A DNA stretch of 64,000 bases. It comes from Harriotta raleighana. Its lineage: Eukaryota. The stretch covers positions 3,045,763 through 3,109,762 of the forward strand of contig JBNZDD010013726.1 in NCBI GenBank assembly GCA_050575255.1, read 5' to 3'. Positions 1 to 13,830 of this stretch are shown in pieces (position 1 is the stretch's first letter; each line of letters starts with the position of its first letter). Position numbers and translations under genes: made by a program. The notes under the pieces are model-generated. The model saw only the letters and a list, made by a program, of their open reading frames with translations. It had not been told where the DNA came from and ran no database searches.

Positions 1-835
1 CTGCAAGAAATTGTTTTGCCTCAGGATGTATGACACGGCATGACATCTCTGGAATCTATCTCCATTAAGTATATTATTAATGAGTACATAATTAAATGTT
101 TTTCCACCAGTATTTACTTGCCATATGACAAATTATGGATTTCTTTATTACTAATTCGTCAATAGCCACATTGAAATACAACACACCCTGTGTAAGTAAC
201 ATATTTGGAAACAATACATAAGCTGCCGAAACACGCAATATTTTATATACATTTTGCAGAAAAAAATAAGCCAAGAATTATGTCATAAAATTAAAGAGCA
301 TCATTATATTCAAGAGGATATAATTCAGAAACCATTGTTCTAGGAACTACGGAGTGTACTGTGAAATGTAGAATGTCGGGGAAATCTTTACAAGATGGTA
401 TACAATTCTTCACTGAGATTTGAGAGCAGATATGCCTATTATTGATATACAAAGTCATAAATATTTTCGTGAAACAATATAGTAGTAAGATAGCAAAGTG
501 CCATTCTATTGATGTCATCACATTAACAGTGAAACATCTCACTTTCTTTTAACAAGAGGCATTAAATCTAATGAAGGATGGCTTTAAAACAGCAACTTTT
601 TAATTTGTGACCCAATTAGAATTTGACCTTGCTTTGATCTTCATTGGTTTAGAACTGTTCATTTTGGATGCTTTCATTAAGTGGCATTCGCCCGGGGTGA
701 TCAGGCTATTAGAGTGCAACATAGTCCCAAAGTGATGTTAGTGACTAAAATGTCTAGAATTGTGGTACAGTATGTAGAATGAACAGTCTTATTGAATCTT
801 ATTTGACTAACTCTTATTTTTTTGCTTCCACACAG

Positions 836-934
836 AGCATTAAGTGTAATTGTCAAAAAGAGGGCCACAGTACAAAAGGAGCAGTGGCTTCACATGTTGA
901 TAAGACTACCCAAACTGTCCACAAAGAAACTCAT
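836..934 (+). CDS. CCSER2: CCSER2 internal coding exon (99 nt, phase 0/0): SIKCNCQKEGHSTKGAVASHVDKTTQTVHKETH
   Basis: Pyrimidine tract plus cacag acceptor (831-835), donor CAT|gtaagt (935), open frame of 33 codons. DKTTQT matches the recalled human CCSER2 ADKYTQT segment just before the alternative C-termini. Confidence 0.85.
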
Positions 935-1564
935 GTAAGTCTGACTATTCTGTGCATCTGGTGGTATCTCAATGCCTTATGTGCTTTTTTGTGTTTATCA
1001 TTCATTCTCTGTAGCTCCATTTCTTAATTCAATGCTTTATGTTCTCTTTAATTAGATTTTTTTAAAAAGCAAAATGTTACTTAAATAGCAATTCAAGAAC
1101 ATTTTGGTTTGAAATTATTTCTGCTCCATTTAAAATGGTAAATTTGAATAATGTTTCATAAAATAATCTCTGAAATGTCACATTGTTTACCATTTAATTT
1201 TGAGTTTGGGGAAAAAAACTTTCATTACAAGAATACGAAAACTTTTCCTCTCTCCAGTGTCTGACAGAAATATGCAATGAAAATCCTACATTGAACAGCA
1301 TTGTGTACGCCAAACATAACAGAGAATTACCAAACAATCAGCAAGGAGACAGGAGAAAAATAAATAGATATGTTCACTATGAGCAATTTTGCACATCTTA
1401 TAATTATCCAAAGGATTCACAGAAACCTGATTTCAGGTCTCTTTCTTGCATGCTTGGTCAGGGAAAATGCATGATCCAGACAGTACAAAAAACACTTCCC
1501 TGAAATGGTCTGAGATTGAGTTTAATACAACACATCCAAACTTGAGTAAAGTAAGAGATAGGAA

Positions 1565-1712
1565 GACACAATGTGCATGCTGGAAATCTGAAAAATCTGA
1601 GAGTATAAGAAATGCACAGTAAACCATCAAGCTTCTGAAAGAGTTTGTGTGTACTCATAAAATTGCTCTTTCCCATCCATGCTGATCAACTGTTGTGTAC
1701 TTCTAGCATGTT
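1565..1712 (+). repeat. Degenerate chondrichthyan-type short repeat (gcagatgctggaaatctgaaa family)
   Basis: Shares motifs with the copy at 47211-47340. Confidence 0.35.
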
Positions 1713-1715
1713 CGT

Positions 1716-2011
1716 GCAGTCCTGTAGCTCTGTGGTTAGAGCACTCGTCTTACAAACGAGACACCTGGGTTCAAATCCAGACGGGGCGAGACCTTGGTCA
1801 ATTTCCTTACTCCACACCCCTGATAATAATCCCTCAAAACACTTGATCCTTTCAATCCACGACTATTTGTGAGACACTGCTGTGTGCAATTGGCTGTTGT
1901 GTTTCACCCACAACTATACAGTCATTTCAGTTTACAGTATATTCTGTGAAGTGCTTTAAGATGTCCAGAAGACAATTTTGAGGCATTATATCAAATGCAA
2001 GGATTATTATT
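1716..2011 (+). mobile_element. tRNA-derived SINE, full length
   Basis: A-box (tagctctgtggttagagc), B-box (ggttcaaatcc), body shared with >10 copies in the window, tail atcaaatgcaagg(att)n. Confidence 0.9.
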
Positions 2012-3282
2012 AATAATCTGTCCTTGTTTCATCTGAGTGAATACAGATGTTGAAATGATTCTCTATAACTAATCCTTGATTAATACAACTGAGTAGCAAT
2101 TAGAATACACCCAAGGAGCTAATCCTCTTCTTACAAGAACCGCGCAGTTTTACATATTCCAAGATATTTCTACTTGTAGAGTAGATGAAATTGTAGAACT
2201 ATCCATTAAAATAACACATTTGCTGAAGGAACACAAATCTGGATTCATGCTCATCAATTAATGATTCGTACTTTTCAGGACAAAGTTGAGAGTTTTATAA
2301 ATGATCATCTTTTGAAATGCATGATGTATTTGTTGGGCAGTTAAAATAGCAATTTGTCCACTAACAGTAAATCTACATCCAATAAATGCAGTGCAAGATC
2401 ATTTTCATTTTTTTGTTCAGTAAATTGAGGATTTGGAGGTTGTAATAAATGTACAAATTTGGGGGAGTTGTGATAAATGTAGCTCAGCAAGTAACAGTTA
2501 CCATTTTAACTGTGATTCAGATGCTTGCTATTGCTTTGTACAAGTGTTTGTTTTCCAGATAGTTGAATCACAATGGTCTTTTGGTTCCTGTGAATTTCTA
2601 TTTTACAAAGGAGATTTAGTATTTCTCTATTAATGCTGATATTCATTATTTGAAAACGTGGGCACATGAAGCATTTGGAGTAGTCCGTCATCAGTATGCT
2701 CATCACAAACAATTCCTACTTCATATGTTATATAGTGCACCAATGTTATTATATGTATGAGAAATGAGTTTTGTCATCTGAAAANTTGATAAGTATTTAG
2801 TAATTCTCTATTAATGCTGATATTCATTATTTGAAAACGTGGGCACATGAAGCATTTGGAGTAGTCCGTCATCAGTATGCTCATCACAAACAATTCCTAC
2901 TTCATATGTTATATAGTGCACCAATGTTATTATATGTATGAGAAATGAGTTTTGTCATCTGAAAAGTTATTGGTAGGGGTGCCATTTGTAAATGCCTGAA
3001 ACAATCATGCAATGATTTTCACATCTGAAATGTTACATTCCTTATATTACAGTATTATAAACCAAAATTATATCCTTTTTTGAATTATTTCCATTTAAAA
3101 AATGTAAAGATCTTCTTTAAATCGCCATTACAAGTTTACTAAAGGACATTTAAAATGCCAAAATACAGGTTATTAAATAATAAGTTTACAATATGCATTT
3201 TATATTTGTTTTGAATGTCATTTAAGTTATTCTTTAACTCAAATTTGAAAAAGCAAAGAACAGCTTCAGATAGAAAGAACTA

Positions 3283-4514
3283 TCCTCTATCTGTGACCAG
3301 GACTCCCTCTGCCTCCTTGTCCTCCTGGACCTCTCAGCCGCTTTCGCCACAATCGATTACGCCATCCTCCGCCACCGCCTGTCCTCTGTCGTCCACCTCA
3401 GTGGGACCTCACTCGCCTGGTTCATGTCCTACCTCACAAACCGCCAACAGTACATCTCTACTAACGACTTTTCCTCCCACTTTTGCCTGGTTACCTTTGG
3501 GATACCCCAAAGATCTATCCTTGGACCCCTTCTCTTTCTTATCTACATGCTGCCTCTTGGTGATGTCATCCGGAGACATGGGATACACTTCCACATGTTT
3601 GCGGATGACACCCAACTCTATTTTTCACCTCAATTTGTGACCCCCAGTCCCCTGATGTTCTGTCAGCCTGCCTGTCAGACATCAAGAGCTGGATGAGTGC
3701 AAATTTCCTTCAGCTCAANATTGACAAGGCAGAGGCCATACTCTTTGGCTCTCGTCGATTTCTTCAGTCCCACGGCTCTCACCTCCTCCACCTACCCTAA
3801 AACTCTCCGAACCCTTAAGCAACTCAGGCATCAGGTGTGACCCCCAATTATCCTTCCTCCCCCTCATCCGTTCCCTCACCAGCACCACTTTCTTCCAGCT
3901 CTGACGCCCATCTCCGCCAATATCTCACCCCAAAAGTTGCCTAAACACTGGTTCATGCCTTTGTCACCTCTTGGTTGGACTATTTAAATGCCCCACTTGC
4001 TAGTCTCCCCTTAACCATTAACCAAATCCAGTTCATCCAAAATTCTGCTGTCCNTATTCTGACCCATACCAAACTTCTCTCCCCGATTACCTCAGTCTTT
4101 GCCAGTCTTCACTGGCTCCCTGTCTTGGAGCGGATCGATTTCAAGATCCTCAGTCTTGTTTTCAAATCCCTCCACTCCTCTGCAACCCCTACCTCTCTGA
4201 CCGCCTGTCTCCTCGCAACAGCACCAGTTGCCTTCGCTCTACTGGGTCCTGCCTCCTTCGTCCCCCGAATCCTTCGTGACCATGCCTTCAGCCACTCCGC
4301 CCCGAGACTCTGGAATTCCCTTCCTCACTCCCTTCGCCTCAAGCCTTCTTTTCCCATTTCCAGATCACAGCTAAATACCTTTCTTTTCGACTGCGCTTTT
4401 GGTCACCTTTTCCCCTTCCCACTGGCTCGGCCCCGGGATCCGTTATTGTGAACCACTCTGAGTCATCGTCCTGCGTGGAGGGCGCTATATAAATCCAAAT
4501 TGTTGTTGTTGTTG
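3283..4514 (+). mobile_element. 5'-truncated L2-clade LINE: disrupted RT, ORF2 C-terminus and 3' tail
   Basis: Motifs LLDLSAAF, GIPQRSILGPLLFLIY, HMFADDTQLY, LHWLPVLERIDFKIL and APRLWNSLP; frameshifted; tail gcgctatataaat...(ttg)n. Confidence 0.92.
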
Positions 4515-6704
4515 CTTGTAGCTTTCAGTCAGCCATCAATTATCCTACCATCTTTTGAAAAGGTTTGTTTTCCTTGACCAAACATTTGGTATCTTACATG
4601 ATCCACTTTGCTCAGAATAAAAAATAGCATTATAAAGACATTTTCAGCCTGTACAATTACATCAATCTTGCAGATAGATATACATGTTATTTATTATTCT
4701 TGTTTCTCGTCCTTACACACATCTAAACCCGTTCACTACCTTTGCTGCATATTGCCTCTCAATTACTCTCGTTCAGCCATACTCCTTTGCTCATTATTGC
4801 TTTCCTGGCACTTCTGCCCTAATCCACTCTTCATCTGGCTCCAATATCCTCTCTCAGTCAGGCAGGTCTCTCTGTCTAGCTCAGACCCTGGGATTTGACT
4901 GTGCATCTTTCTAGCCCTATCCTTCCATGATGGTGTTTCCTGGTTAGTCCAGATATCTCTTCTCTTCTAAATGCAGCCTACACTGATAGTCAACCTGCAA
5001 ATTGCACTGTGATTCACCTACATTTCACCCATGAAAAGCAAACCCAGCAGTAGTGAATTCTAAATTAGAGCTCTGCTTCTCCATATTTCTGTATTTGCTG
5101 TGATCCTGCTCATCTAAACTGTATCTTATCATCAGTTGAATAACATTGTGCTCATAAGAGAAAGTATTTTCAATAAAAACTATATTGTTGGTTTGAACTT
5201 CCAACCACCAACTCTCCAGCTGTGCAACTTTTCCCAGAGGTTTAAGAGCAATCAGTTTAATAATCTGCCGTGCATCCCAATGGGGAGAATATTATTTATA
5301 ATGATCTACAGCCTTGTTCTGTAAAACCTGCTTATTCAAACTTTTGCAGTTCGAATATATTTAATCCAAATTTTTTTTTAATGGTTTGCTCTTGCTTTAT
5401 CCTTGCCTCTACACAGATACTCAGGAGTAATTTGTGAAAAGATGAGACTTTATCGATCTACATTAATGGCTACTATCACAGTTTAAATGTGAATACTATT
5501 TTTAAATAATTGAATTTTTGCCTCAACATCAGGATTTAATGAGACCATCTGATTATGTCAAGATAAGTCATAAGGGAAAACACGGGAAACTAAATTATTT
5601 CTCACATCTAAACTTATATTACAAATAATAAATAATAAAACAACGTTTTGCATTCTCCCTACAGTATAAATTTTATTGGCGTGTACCAATTGTTAACTTC
5701 CTTTTTGAGCTGAAAAAGGTGAATTGATATGATTTCCTTAACATTCCTTGTTGTGCCACTAATATTAGATAGCAAATGCTCAGTATGAATACTGAAAGAG
5801 TGGATGATTGAGTGACAAGGAATGTTGACCTTTGGCAACCTTTATCTTGTTGAATTCGAACAGCATTGTCGAACATTTTATGAAACAGCCACATTAATGC
5901 TGTTAATGATGTATTGACTTGTATGGAAGGATAATGATCTGCAGTAAATTATATGTTTATATTAGGTTTTTATGGAAGCATTGCCCTTTTAGTATATAGC
6001 TGATTTTAGTGAGGGCTCTTTTAAGCCCGAGATGTTCCCTATTCATTCAAGATGACATTTTTGAGCACGATTTTCTTTGGACCTTCACAATAACTTGCTC
6101 TATTTCACCATTTTTTTTCCTTCGTGTTCATTTCCCTTTCTTAAGGTATTTTGGGATTCCATTCCATGAGTGCTCACAGCTTTGTGATAACTTGTCCAAG
6201 TTGCCATGCTTCATGTGTGACTTAGACAGTGAGTTGCAATAAGCTGATCAACCTTGAAGGAGAAGAGGAAACATTTATAACCAAGCCCCATCAGAGGTCA
6301 CTTGGTAGACTTTAGTAGCCGGAGCCCTCACTCATAATTGTTGTTTTCTGTTTCTTAGGACGTTAAAATGAGGTTCATCCTGTAGGTCAGATACTGCTGA
6401 TTATACAATATCATGCTCAGGCTGTGGCACTGCTTTAAGCCAATGCAATGAGACAGATAAAGAGACTGCCTCTCTGTGCAACCGATCCAAAAGTATCTAA
6501 AATAGTAGCAGAAAATTATAATGTCCCAGAATTCCACCTAACCTTACCCTTTAACACCATTTCATCCTAAAATGTAAGATTGTAGAATTGCAGAAAATTA
6601 TTAAATTCTATATTATTTTGGAAGTTTTCTGTGATTTTTAAAAGTGGAACACCATCCAAATTAAAACTGAATTCATGATTTTTAAGTTGTTTTTATAAAT
6701 TCAA

Positions 6705-6810
6705 ATACATCCAGAGATTTGCCCCTTCCTACCTCTACAATATTCTGGAATCCTACTCCCCGCCAACTGCAATCGCTCTGCCAATTATGGCTTGCTTCAT
6801 TATCCCTGCC
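6705..6810 (+). mobile_element. Degenerate L2 ORF2 3' fragment
   Basis: ttgccccttcctacctctac segment resembles the LAPxYL region of the other L2 copies. Confidence 0.4.
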
Positions 6811-8811
6811 CACTTTATACAACTCTTGGTAGGCAAGTTTTCTTTCAATATGAATATTGAAAGAATACAGAAAACCTCTTCAGTTTCCCCCAACCCTCTC
6901 CCAGTACAGTAGTCTATCCACCTTTGTAAAGAACTTCTGAAACATTTGCTTATATGAAGATATTATTTACTTATATAAGGGCAAATGATTGTTAAACTGA
7001 AATTGTCAGTTAAATAAAATAACATTTGAGATTTAAGAGTCGTTTAATTCTTTTCAACAGCAATTGACAGGAAATGTATAATTGAAAATCTCACTTATAA
7101 TTTTTTTAAAAACTATTCCAATTATTGTTACAGATTTGCAATACGTCACGATTTGGAATTTAGATATTTATTGTTTGTTCAATCTGGTATTTTCTGTCGC
7201 CTGGGTAGAAACTATGAGGCATTTGTGAATTTGTGGAACAACTGCCCAGGGACTAGGAGGAGGCAGAGAGTATTAGACAGCTATTTAGTGAATAATTCAC
7301 TTGTGGGGTGTGATAAATGAATTAGAGTAGCTTTATTTGTTTTTCATCTAAAAAATAATAAGTTTGGCACCAAGCAGATGGAATGCCATGGTCTTGTCTA
7401 GTCCAATATGTCATTTGAGCAGAAATATTGGTGACAATAGATTAATGAATAGTGTATATAGCCTAATATACACACTCATTATATATATATATATCTGTTT
7501 ATTTGCGAGTGTAACTTGTACCAAGCTTGTATCATTGACAAATTATTTCTGGCTTCTCCAGAGTTGACATATTGAGGGATTCTGTAAATTACATGTTTTC
7601 TGTGTTTCGTCTGAATTAGAGATTCTGTATATTATGTATCTATAGATTAATACATCATTTTCACCATCCACATTGATATTGATATAGGTTGAAATTTTCC
7701 ATCTTGAGCATTGTATTTTGAGTGTACTGTCCTTGCGATTTGGAGCACCCAACAAAGTAGCTACCTGGGGTGCTGCCTCGTGCACTGACTTACATTTGTA
7801 ACAAATAACACTTAAATTTGAGGACGGCATTGGTGTTTCAGGTTATAATAATCATCGATATCTTCTGATTCTAATGTAATGTATGTACATTACATTAGAT
7901 TGTGTGGATTGTAGACAAGGTGTATGACTAGAATTTGCATAATTTTTTCTAGCATTTAGAAACATTATAAATCACAAGAGATTTTCTTTGGTGTATTGGC
8001 CTATTTTCTGCACTGGAAAAGTTCTCTGCCATTTATTCCCACATCTTCCTCACTTATACATCCGGCCAACAATACTACTGTACATCAGAAAGTACATTAT
8101 ATTCAGAAGTATTGAGACAATGAGATATCACATTATTCAAATGCCACAGAACTATGGGACACACGTTCACCTCCACTATTTATCTTAGTCACATTGCTTA
8201 GCAGAGTAAATCAAATACAGTTGTTCTCATACATCATGTCGCAACTGAATAAGAGGTTCTGTCAGAGCTGGTCACATTCGTTGTCACAAAACAATGCATA
8301 AGATAACAGACAACTTAGAATAGTAGGGAAAGATTGAAAATTTCAAAAGAAACAGCATAGCATAACAGGATCCGGGTTAATCCAATGCACTACTATATGA
8401 AGTGGTAGAAGCCTGAGCTGTAATGTTTGTAAGCAGTTTAGATTCACTGGTTCCTTTATTTAAATCTTACACTTACACTTTCTTCCACAACCTGGAAATG
8501 TTACTTGGATGTATCCTTATGGAGAAGTTGTTGCTTCTATTTCCCATGTGTGGGTTATGATCCATTTAAAATACGGTGTTACAAGTTATCTTTTTCTGCA
8601 GCAATTTTGTGTGACACCTATTAAAATGAATCATTTGAAAATTATAGGATATAGTTCTTTCTAAAGCAGCTCCTTAGCTGTTTTCAATTCCCAAAGGCAA
8701 TTTCACTGTGTGTCTGATTCTATCCAAATTATTCCTGACATAACTAGTTTATTTCTTTTTTTGTTTTTATACCTTCTTCCCTCCATTCCTTTCCCTCTCT
8801 TTCCTGCACAG

Positions 8812-8896
8812 GCTGGGCCCTCTGCTCCGTCCTCCTCTTCCTGGCAGGGTTTGTTCCAGAGGAATGCACGTCCCATCCAGCTACAACGCCGACCGA
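8812..8896 (+). CDS. CCSER2: CCSER2 85-nt cassette exon (3n+1, frameshifting): AGPSAPSSSSWQGLFQRNARPIQLQRRP+a
   Basis: ~60-nt pyrimidine tract, cacag acceptor ending at 8811, donor CGA|gtgagt (8897). The peptide resembles the recalled human short-isoform segment GGYSAPSFSPWQGSFQGIPRTVPPHRRQ. Confidence 0.85.
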
Positions 8897-10299
8897 GTGA
8901 GTTTAACACTCTACAATCAGACTTCTACAACACTGCCAGTAAACAAAGAATAAACTTGCTCTTGATCTTTAATCACAAATTACCCATGATTTGGGATACC
9001 TGATTAAATTCATAGATGTAACACAAAGACCCAATGCAATGCTGCAGCTTCCATTTGGGAATTGGTCTATTTTCATATTAATCCTGCTTGTTAGCTTAAT
9101 GATGTAAGCTGTTTTAGTGATGTTTATTACTTCTTACTAAATGTGACATTCTTTGAAAGATTTCAGCAGCGGCAGTCATGGGGAACAATAAGGTTACTAG
9201 AGTTGCTGTGCAGTTCATTCCAAGCTGTACTAATGAAATCATGACTTTTTTTTAAGAAACAATAAATTAGCTTTGTGGAAATGAAAAATACTCTTGCCAA
9301 GCACCTATCTGAAGGAACCAGTTTGCTCTCATCCTGCGAGTGAGATGGATTGTCGCGTTCAACTATTCTTGCCTGAACAGTTCATTTATTCAGAAGTCTA
9401 TTCTGTACAATGCAAGCAAGGGATACTTGCTGCACATTTTGGATTTTATTCTGTTCAAACTACGGGGGGAAAAAACTAATCCGTATAAAAACTTGCATCT
9501 ATATAATACCCTTAAAAGCAGGGTAGAACCTTTGACATAGCTATTAAGAACATAAAAAATAACAATTTACATTATTTATAATGTTAGTAACGTAAACGTC
9601 ATGTTTTAAGAAATTATAAGTGGTAAATTTTACTCTTATTTTAAGTGATTAATAGCAATACGTACCACCTTCAGCCCTTGTTAATCTTCCAAATAATATA
9701 CCTCTCAAATGGAGCATTGTCTTTGATGCTCTTGAACATCGATGAGATCAAAAGATTTCTAATAGTACCAGAGGAAAAGAGCACACCTTTCAGTTCTGAT
9801 TCCTTTTTTTGATTTGTCAGTGACTTTCATCATAATTATTTTGTTATCTATGCAAGTTTAAGATATTTGTTTGGATAAATTCTGGTGTCTCAGTTTGTCA
9901 ATACCCCTGTTTGCCAAGCCATATGATTTAATCGCAGAGGCAAACTGGCTTTTGCTGTAAAAAGAACAGGAAAGGGTAAAGATTGGTAAGTATTAGTAAA
10001 TTTAAATATTGTTTTTAATTGATTCTTTGGGTTATATTGTTTGGCACAAATTAATCTAGAAGTTGATATGACACTACTGTAATCTTTAACACTTCAGACA
10101 TCTCAACCTGTTATTGTATCACCATATTTTATTACACTGCAGATTATTAGCTTCGACATAATAGTCTGATTGGGTTATTCCATATAATAATCCAGAAATC
10201 TGATCAACTCCACTTATATATTTCTGATGGTAGGGTACCATCCAATAATGAGGTATCCTGATAATGATGCACTAATCGCAAAGATAAGTGATGTTGTGC

Positions 10300-10740
10300 A
10301 AATGGATGAAAGCAGATTTGGTCAGAGCCTGGATAAAAGGCTTAAACAGAAAGCGTAACAGATACCAAGATTCCCCGCAGGCTCCATGAGTAAGCAACTG
10401 ATACAGACAGTGCCTGAGCACTGGCAGGAACTGAGCAAAATACAATTTTGTCAACCTTGAGTTGGAGAATGTTAAGGCTCATACAGGACCTGATGCCTAA
10501 CAAACTTTTTTTCAGAAAGCAGTAGTCTAGAGTCGAGAGTGGAAATAGAAAGAGTGTCTTCTACATTTAGAGTTGGGTGTCTTGTACATGGAGTTGAAAA
10601 TGGATCCAGGTGATATCACTAATGATGAAGTAGGTGAGGAAAAGGAGAGGGCCAAGAATAGACCCCAGAGGAACACCACACATGGCAGGAGAAGCAAGCT
10701 GTTCAATGAGATGTAGTGAAGACAGATATCGATCTCTACT
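10300..10740 (-). mobile_element. Degenerate L2 RT fragment
   Basis: Reverse complement reads GVPLGSILGPLLFLTY and resembles 3490-3900. Confidence 0.75.
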
Positions 10741-12798
10741 GTAGAGACAGATAAGAGTTCCTCTGGCATAAATGTTGAAAGTATGAAAGAATTTGTGGGG
10801 TTAGATTATTATCTTTCATTGGTGAATTGGAAACAAAGCACTATACATAAACTCAAGATTATTACTAGAAGCATAGAGGGCAAAGTCAGAAATCATTTAG
10901 GATGTGGAATATTTTAGTATAAGAGGATACTGATACCAACTGAATTGTGTCACTTTAAATGGACTTGGATAATTATGTAACTACTACCACTGATATAAAA
11001 GCTTTGGGAAATGGCAAGAATTGGTGTGAAATAAATATAATAAATGGTTCTGGAAAGACAGAATGCTTTAGCTTCCTATAAACTGGCCATATAAATAATG
11101 TGAAAGTTGTTGGATGTGACAGCTTTTAAATTACTAACCTCAAGCACCAGTGTGCTGGGACATAGGTCCTGCCCACCAATTCCCACACACTGAATTCCTG
11201 ACTACAGTCATGCTTACAGCAGGGAGTAACAAAGTAAAGACTTGGTACTTATCTTAGGACAAAAAAGAAGAGTTTGTTCCCAACTTTTGATGTACCTTTC
11301 AGCCTCACACCAAAGGCTAGTGAGCACTTGTCTGTGTCTATACCAAGTGTTTTATATATTTTTGAGGGACAATTTAAGTGCTTGAAGGATATTGTGATAA
11401 TTTGACTGAAATAGAAGTATAGGAATAATCAATTTATGTTTCAAATGAAAAAATTAACAAATTTTTCAAAAAACATTAAATATTAAATCAAAGGTATGTT
11501 CAGATAAAATCTAAAACCCTTTCAATACGGAGGCTTGTTGTCTTGTTCTCAGAGGCACTATGAAATTAAGGCAGTCATATGAAGAAGACTATGTGGAACA
11601 TTACATGAAATCTCAGCAAAAAGTTTTGAATAGCGCTGAGGAATTTTATCATTGAAGCAGAAATGATAAAGGATGGAGTGTTAGCAGTGAATTCCTTTCA
11701 GGAGCATTATGTTCGATTAAGATAAAGAATGGGAAACATAAAGAGGAGGGGCAATAAATAATAAAACTAGATTAACACTAAAGCAAAAGAAAACCCACAA
11801 AATAAAGAACTGATTAATTAATTCTCATGACACATACAGCTACTACAAAGAAAAGTTGTGACCACAAAAGATTACAACCAGTGAAAAGGAATTATCTTCA
11901 TGTGTCATTAGATAAATTATAATTTATAGATTTAATTCAACTCCCAAGATTGCATTAATGCAATATAGAGTCTTATTATTAATGCTATTATAGCAGGTGT
12001 TAATCCAGGTTGGCTAGTGGCCCTTGGGAATAAAATAATCAAGAGAATAATATCAAAGAAAAAATCAAGATGAGCAAAGAGATACCAATACCATTGGAGA
12101 AAAAAATAGTTATATGTTAATGTGAATCTTGTATACACGATGAATGAATATATGCGAAACTGTTTGTTTTAGTAATCTTTCTTTATGTTTTTGTCATTTG
12201 TATACATGCAAGAAAAATTCAACAGAACAATAAGTAATTGTCATCATGATCTGGGAGCACCTGATAGTCTTAGATTATAGTACTTTAGACACAGTTCTAA
12301 TACTACATTGCAAAAAGATGATTGAAGTAATTGCTAGTCAGCTCAGTTGTGGTGCACATTCACAAGGATGCTAACCAATAAATGAGTCCATTAAAATCAA
12401 ACCAGCATTAGTAATAGAAAGCAAAATAGGGCATATTGCTCATATGAAGACTATAAGATGAGCTAGTGCTCGTTAATCGTGAATCTTAATGCGTATTCAT
12501 GGTTTTATCTCTTGCTTTCACGGTGGTGGAACAACAACAACAACAAAATTAGGTGTGGAACTTGGTCTTCCTAATGGAAATAAATATGAGTGTAAAAAAC
12601 ATCAAAAGTACAGAGATACATTGATCAAAAAGATTCTTCATCTTGCTGTCGGCCTCTGTGTCCAGCAGATAAAGTATGTTTGGGCCAATATTATCTTAAT
12701 GATGGACTGTCTGACTCTTAAATGTTTTAATGAAAGAAACCAAGACTGGTGATCTTTGAAATATTTCAATACTATCCATTATACGGGTATTTATAGTT

Positions 12799-12968
12799 AA
12801 TAATAATCCTTGCCATTTGATATAACTCCTTATCATGTCATTGAGACAGCTCAAAGGTTTTCACAGAATATAATGTAAAATGAATTGACTATATTTTGTA
12901 GGTAAACAAAGCAGTCAATTGTGCCCAGCAATGTCCCATAAATAGCTGTGGATTGAGTGACCAATTTT
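12799..12968 (-). mobile_element. tRNA-SINE 3' half
   Basis: Reverse complement of the SINE body and tail seen at 1850-2011. Confidence 0.8.
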
Positions 12969-13199
12969 TTAAATTAATCGAATGATCTAATTGAAGGGTT
13001 CATGAGATTCATTTATTAGATAATAAATCACAAATTACTTTGAAATGGAACTTGATAGATGCTTGGTTGAAAGAATAATAAAGTGTATGGAGACCAAGCA
13101 GGCAAGTGGGATTAAACTGGGACAAAAACTCCTCCAACAAACATGATACCCGCATGTAACATTTTATGATCATGCAGCTATTTCTCATTCGCCTGGGTG

Positions 13200-13830
13200 T
13201 TTTGAATGATTGTGGAGACCAAACAAGTTCTGTAAAGTAAAAACTGGTAGTTGGCACTGGAACTGACATGGTCTTTACCTGAACGTGTAAGGAAAGTAAT
13301 AGTTGTAACTATATTGGAATTCAGGGTGTTGCAAAGTCATGAATTATTTGACCTGTTGATGGAGATTTCTTCTCCTCTGCCAATCCATTGTGAAAATAAT
13401 GCTGAACTCTCCTTTGATATTCTTTGTGCAGTATCCATTCTCATACTTTGCCACAAAGCCAACAGGTATTTGATGGAGTACGAGGGGGAGAAAGGGGTTT
13501 GAATTACTCTTCAATGGGCTCTTTCCCAGAAAATAGTTCACGCAATATTCTGTCTTGAATAACACATAAAAACAGACTTTGGTTGAGTTCCAGCAATAGT
13601 CACACTTGTAAAAGTGTAATTCAGAATGATAACTGCCTTCAAGATAGGAGAGGAGAAAATTGATAGGAAAAATAAATCAAAATGTGTAACATGATTCAAG
13701 TTTAAGTGACTCTCCACAGGCCACTCATAAATGTCTTCTCTGATGTGAAGGATGTACCCTAACACTTCTGTCATAAGATTTATGAGACTTTCATCTTCAT
13801 GAAGTAACACATATTCAGTGTTTACCAACT
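13200..13830 (-). mobile_element. Highly degenerate Penelope-like RT fragment
   Basis: Minus-strand remnants NYF...GFVAKYE, CNTLNSNI and TITFL lie in the order expected for Penelope RT (NYF...LFVGYxE...N..PNIKFT...IxFLD). Confidence 0.4.

Noticed and set aside
1716-1790. tRNA genes (Val/Ala-like) here and at 52156, 53923, 62777 and 63769
   Set aside because: Each is the head of a SINE, followed by the family body and tail, with degenerate stems.
3215-4451. Functional reverse transcriptase gene
   Set aside because: 5'-truncated and frameshifted, with stop codons; a dead L2 copy.
6359-6385. Possible 27-nt poison exon (ttcttag|GAC...TAG|gtcaga)
   Set aside because: Only splice-like dinucleotides, with no regulatory motif cluster or homology support; such matches are common by chance.
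8897-9003. Read-through of the cassette exon as an alternative last exon (AATAAA ~8949)
   Set aside because: The hexamer lies before the in-frame stop at 9001-9003, and a good gtgagt donor is present.
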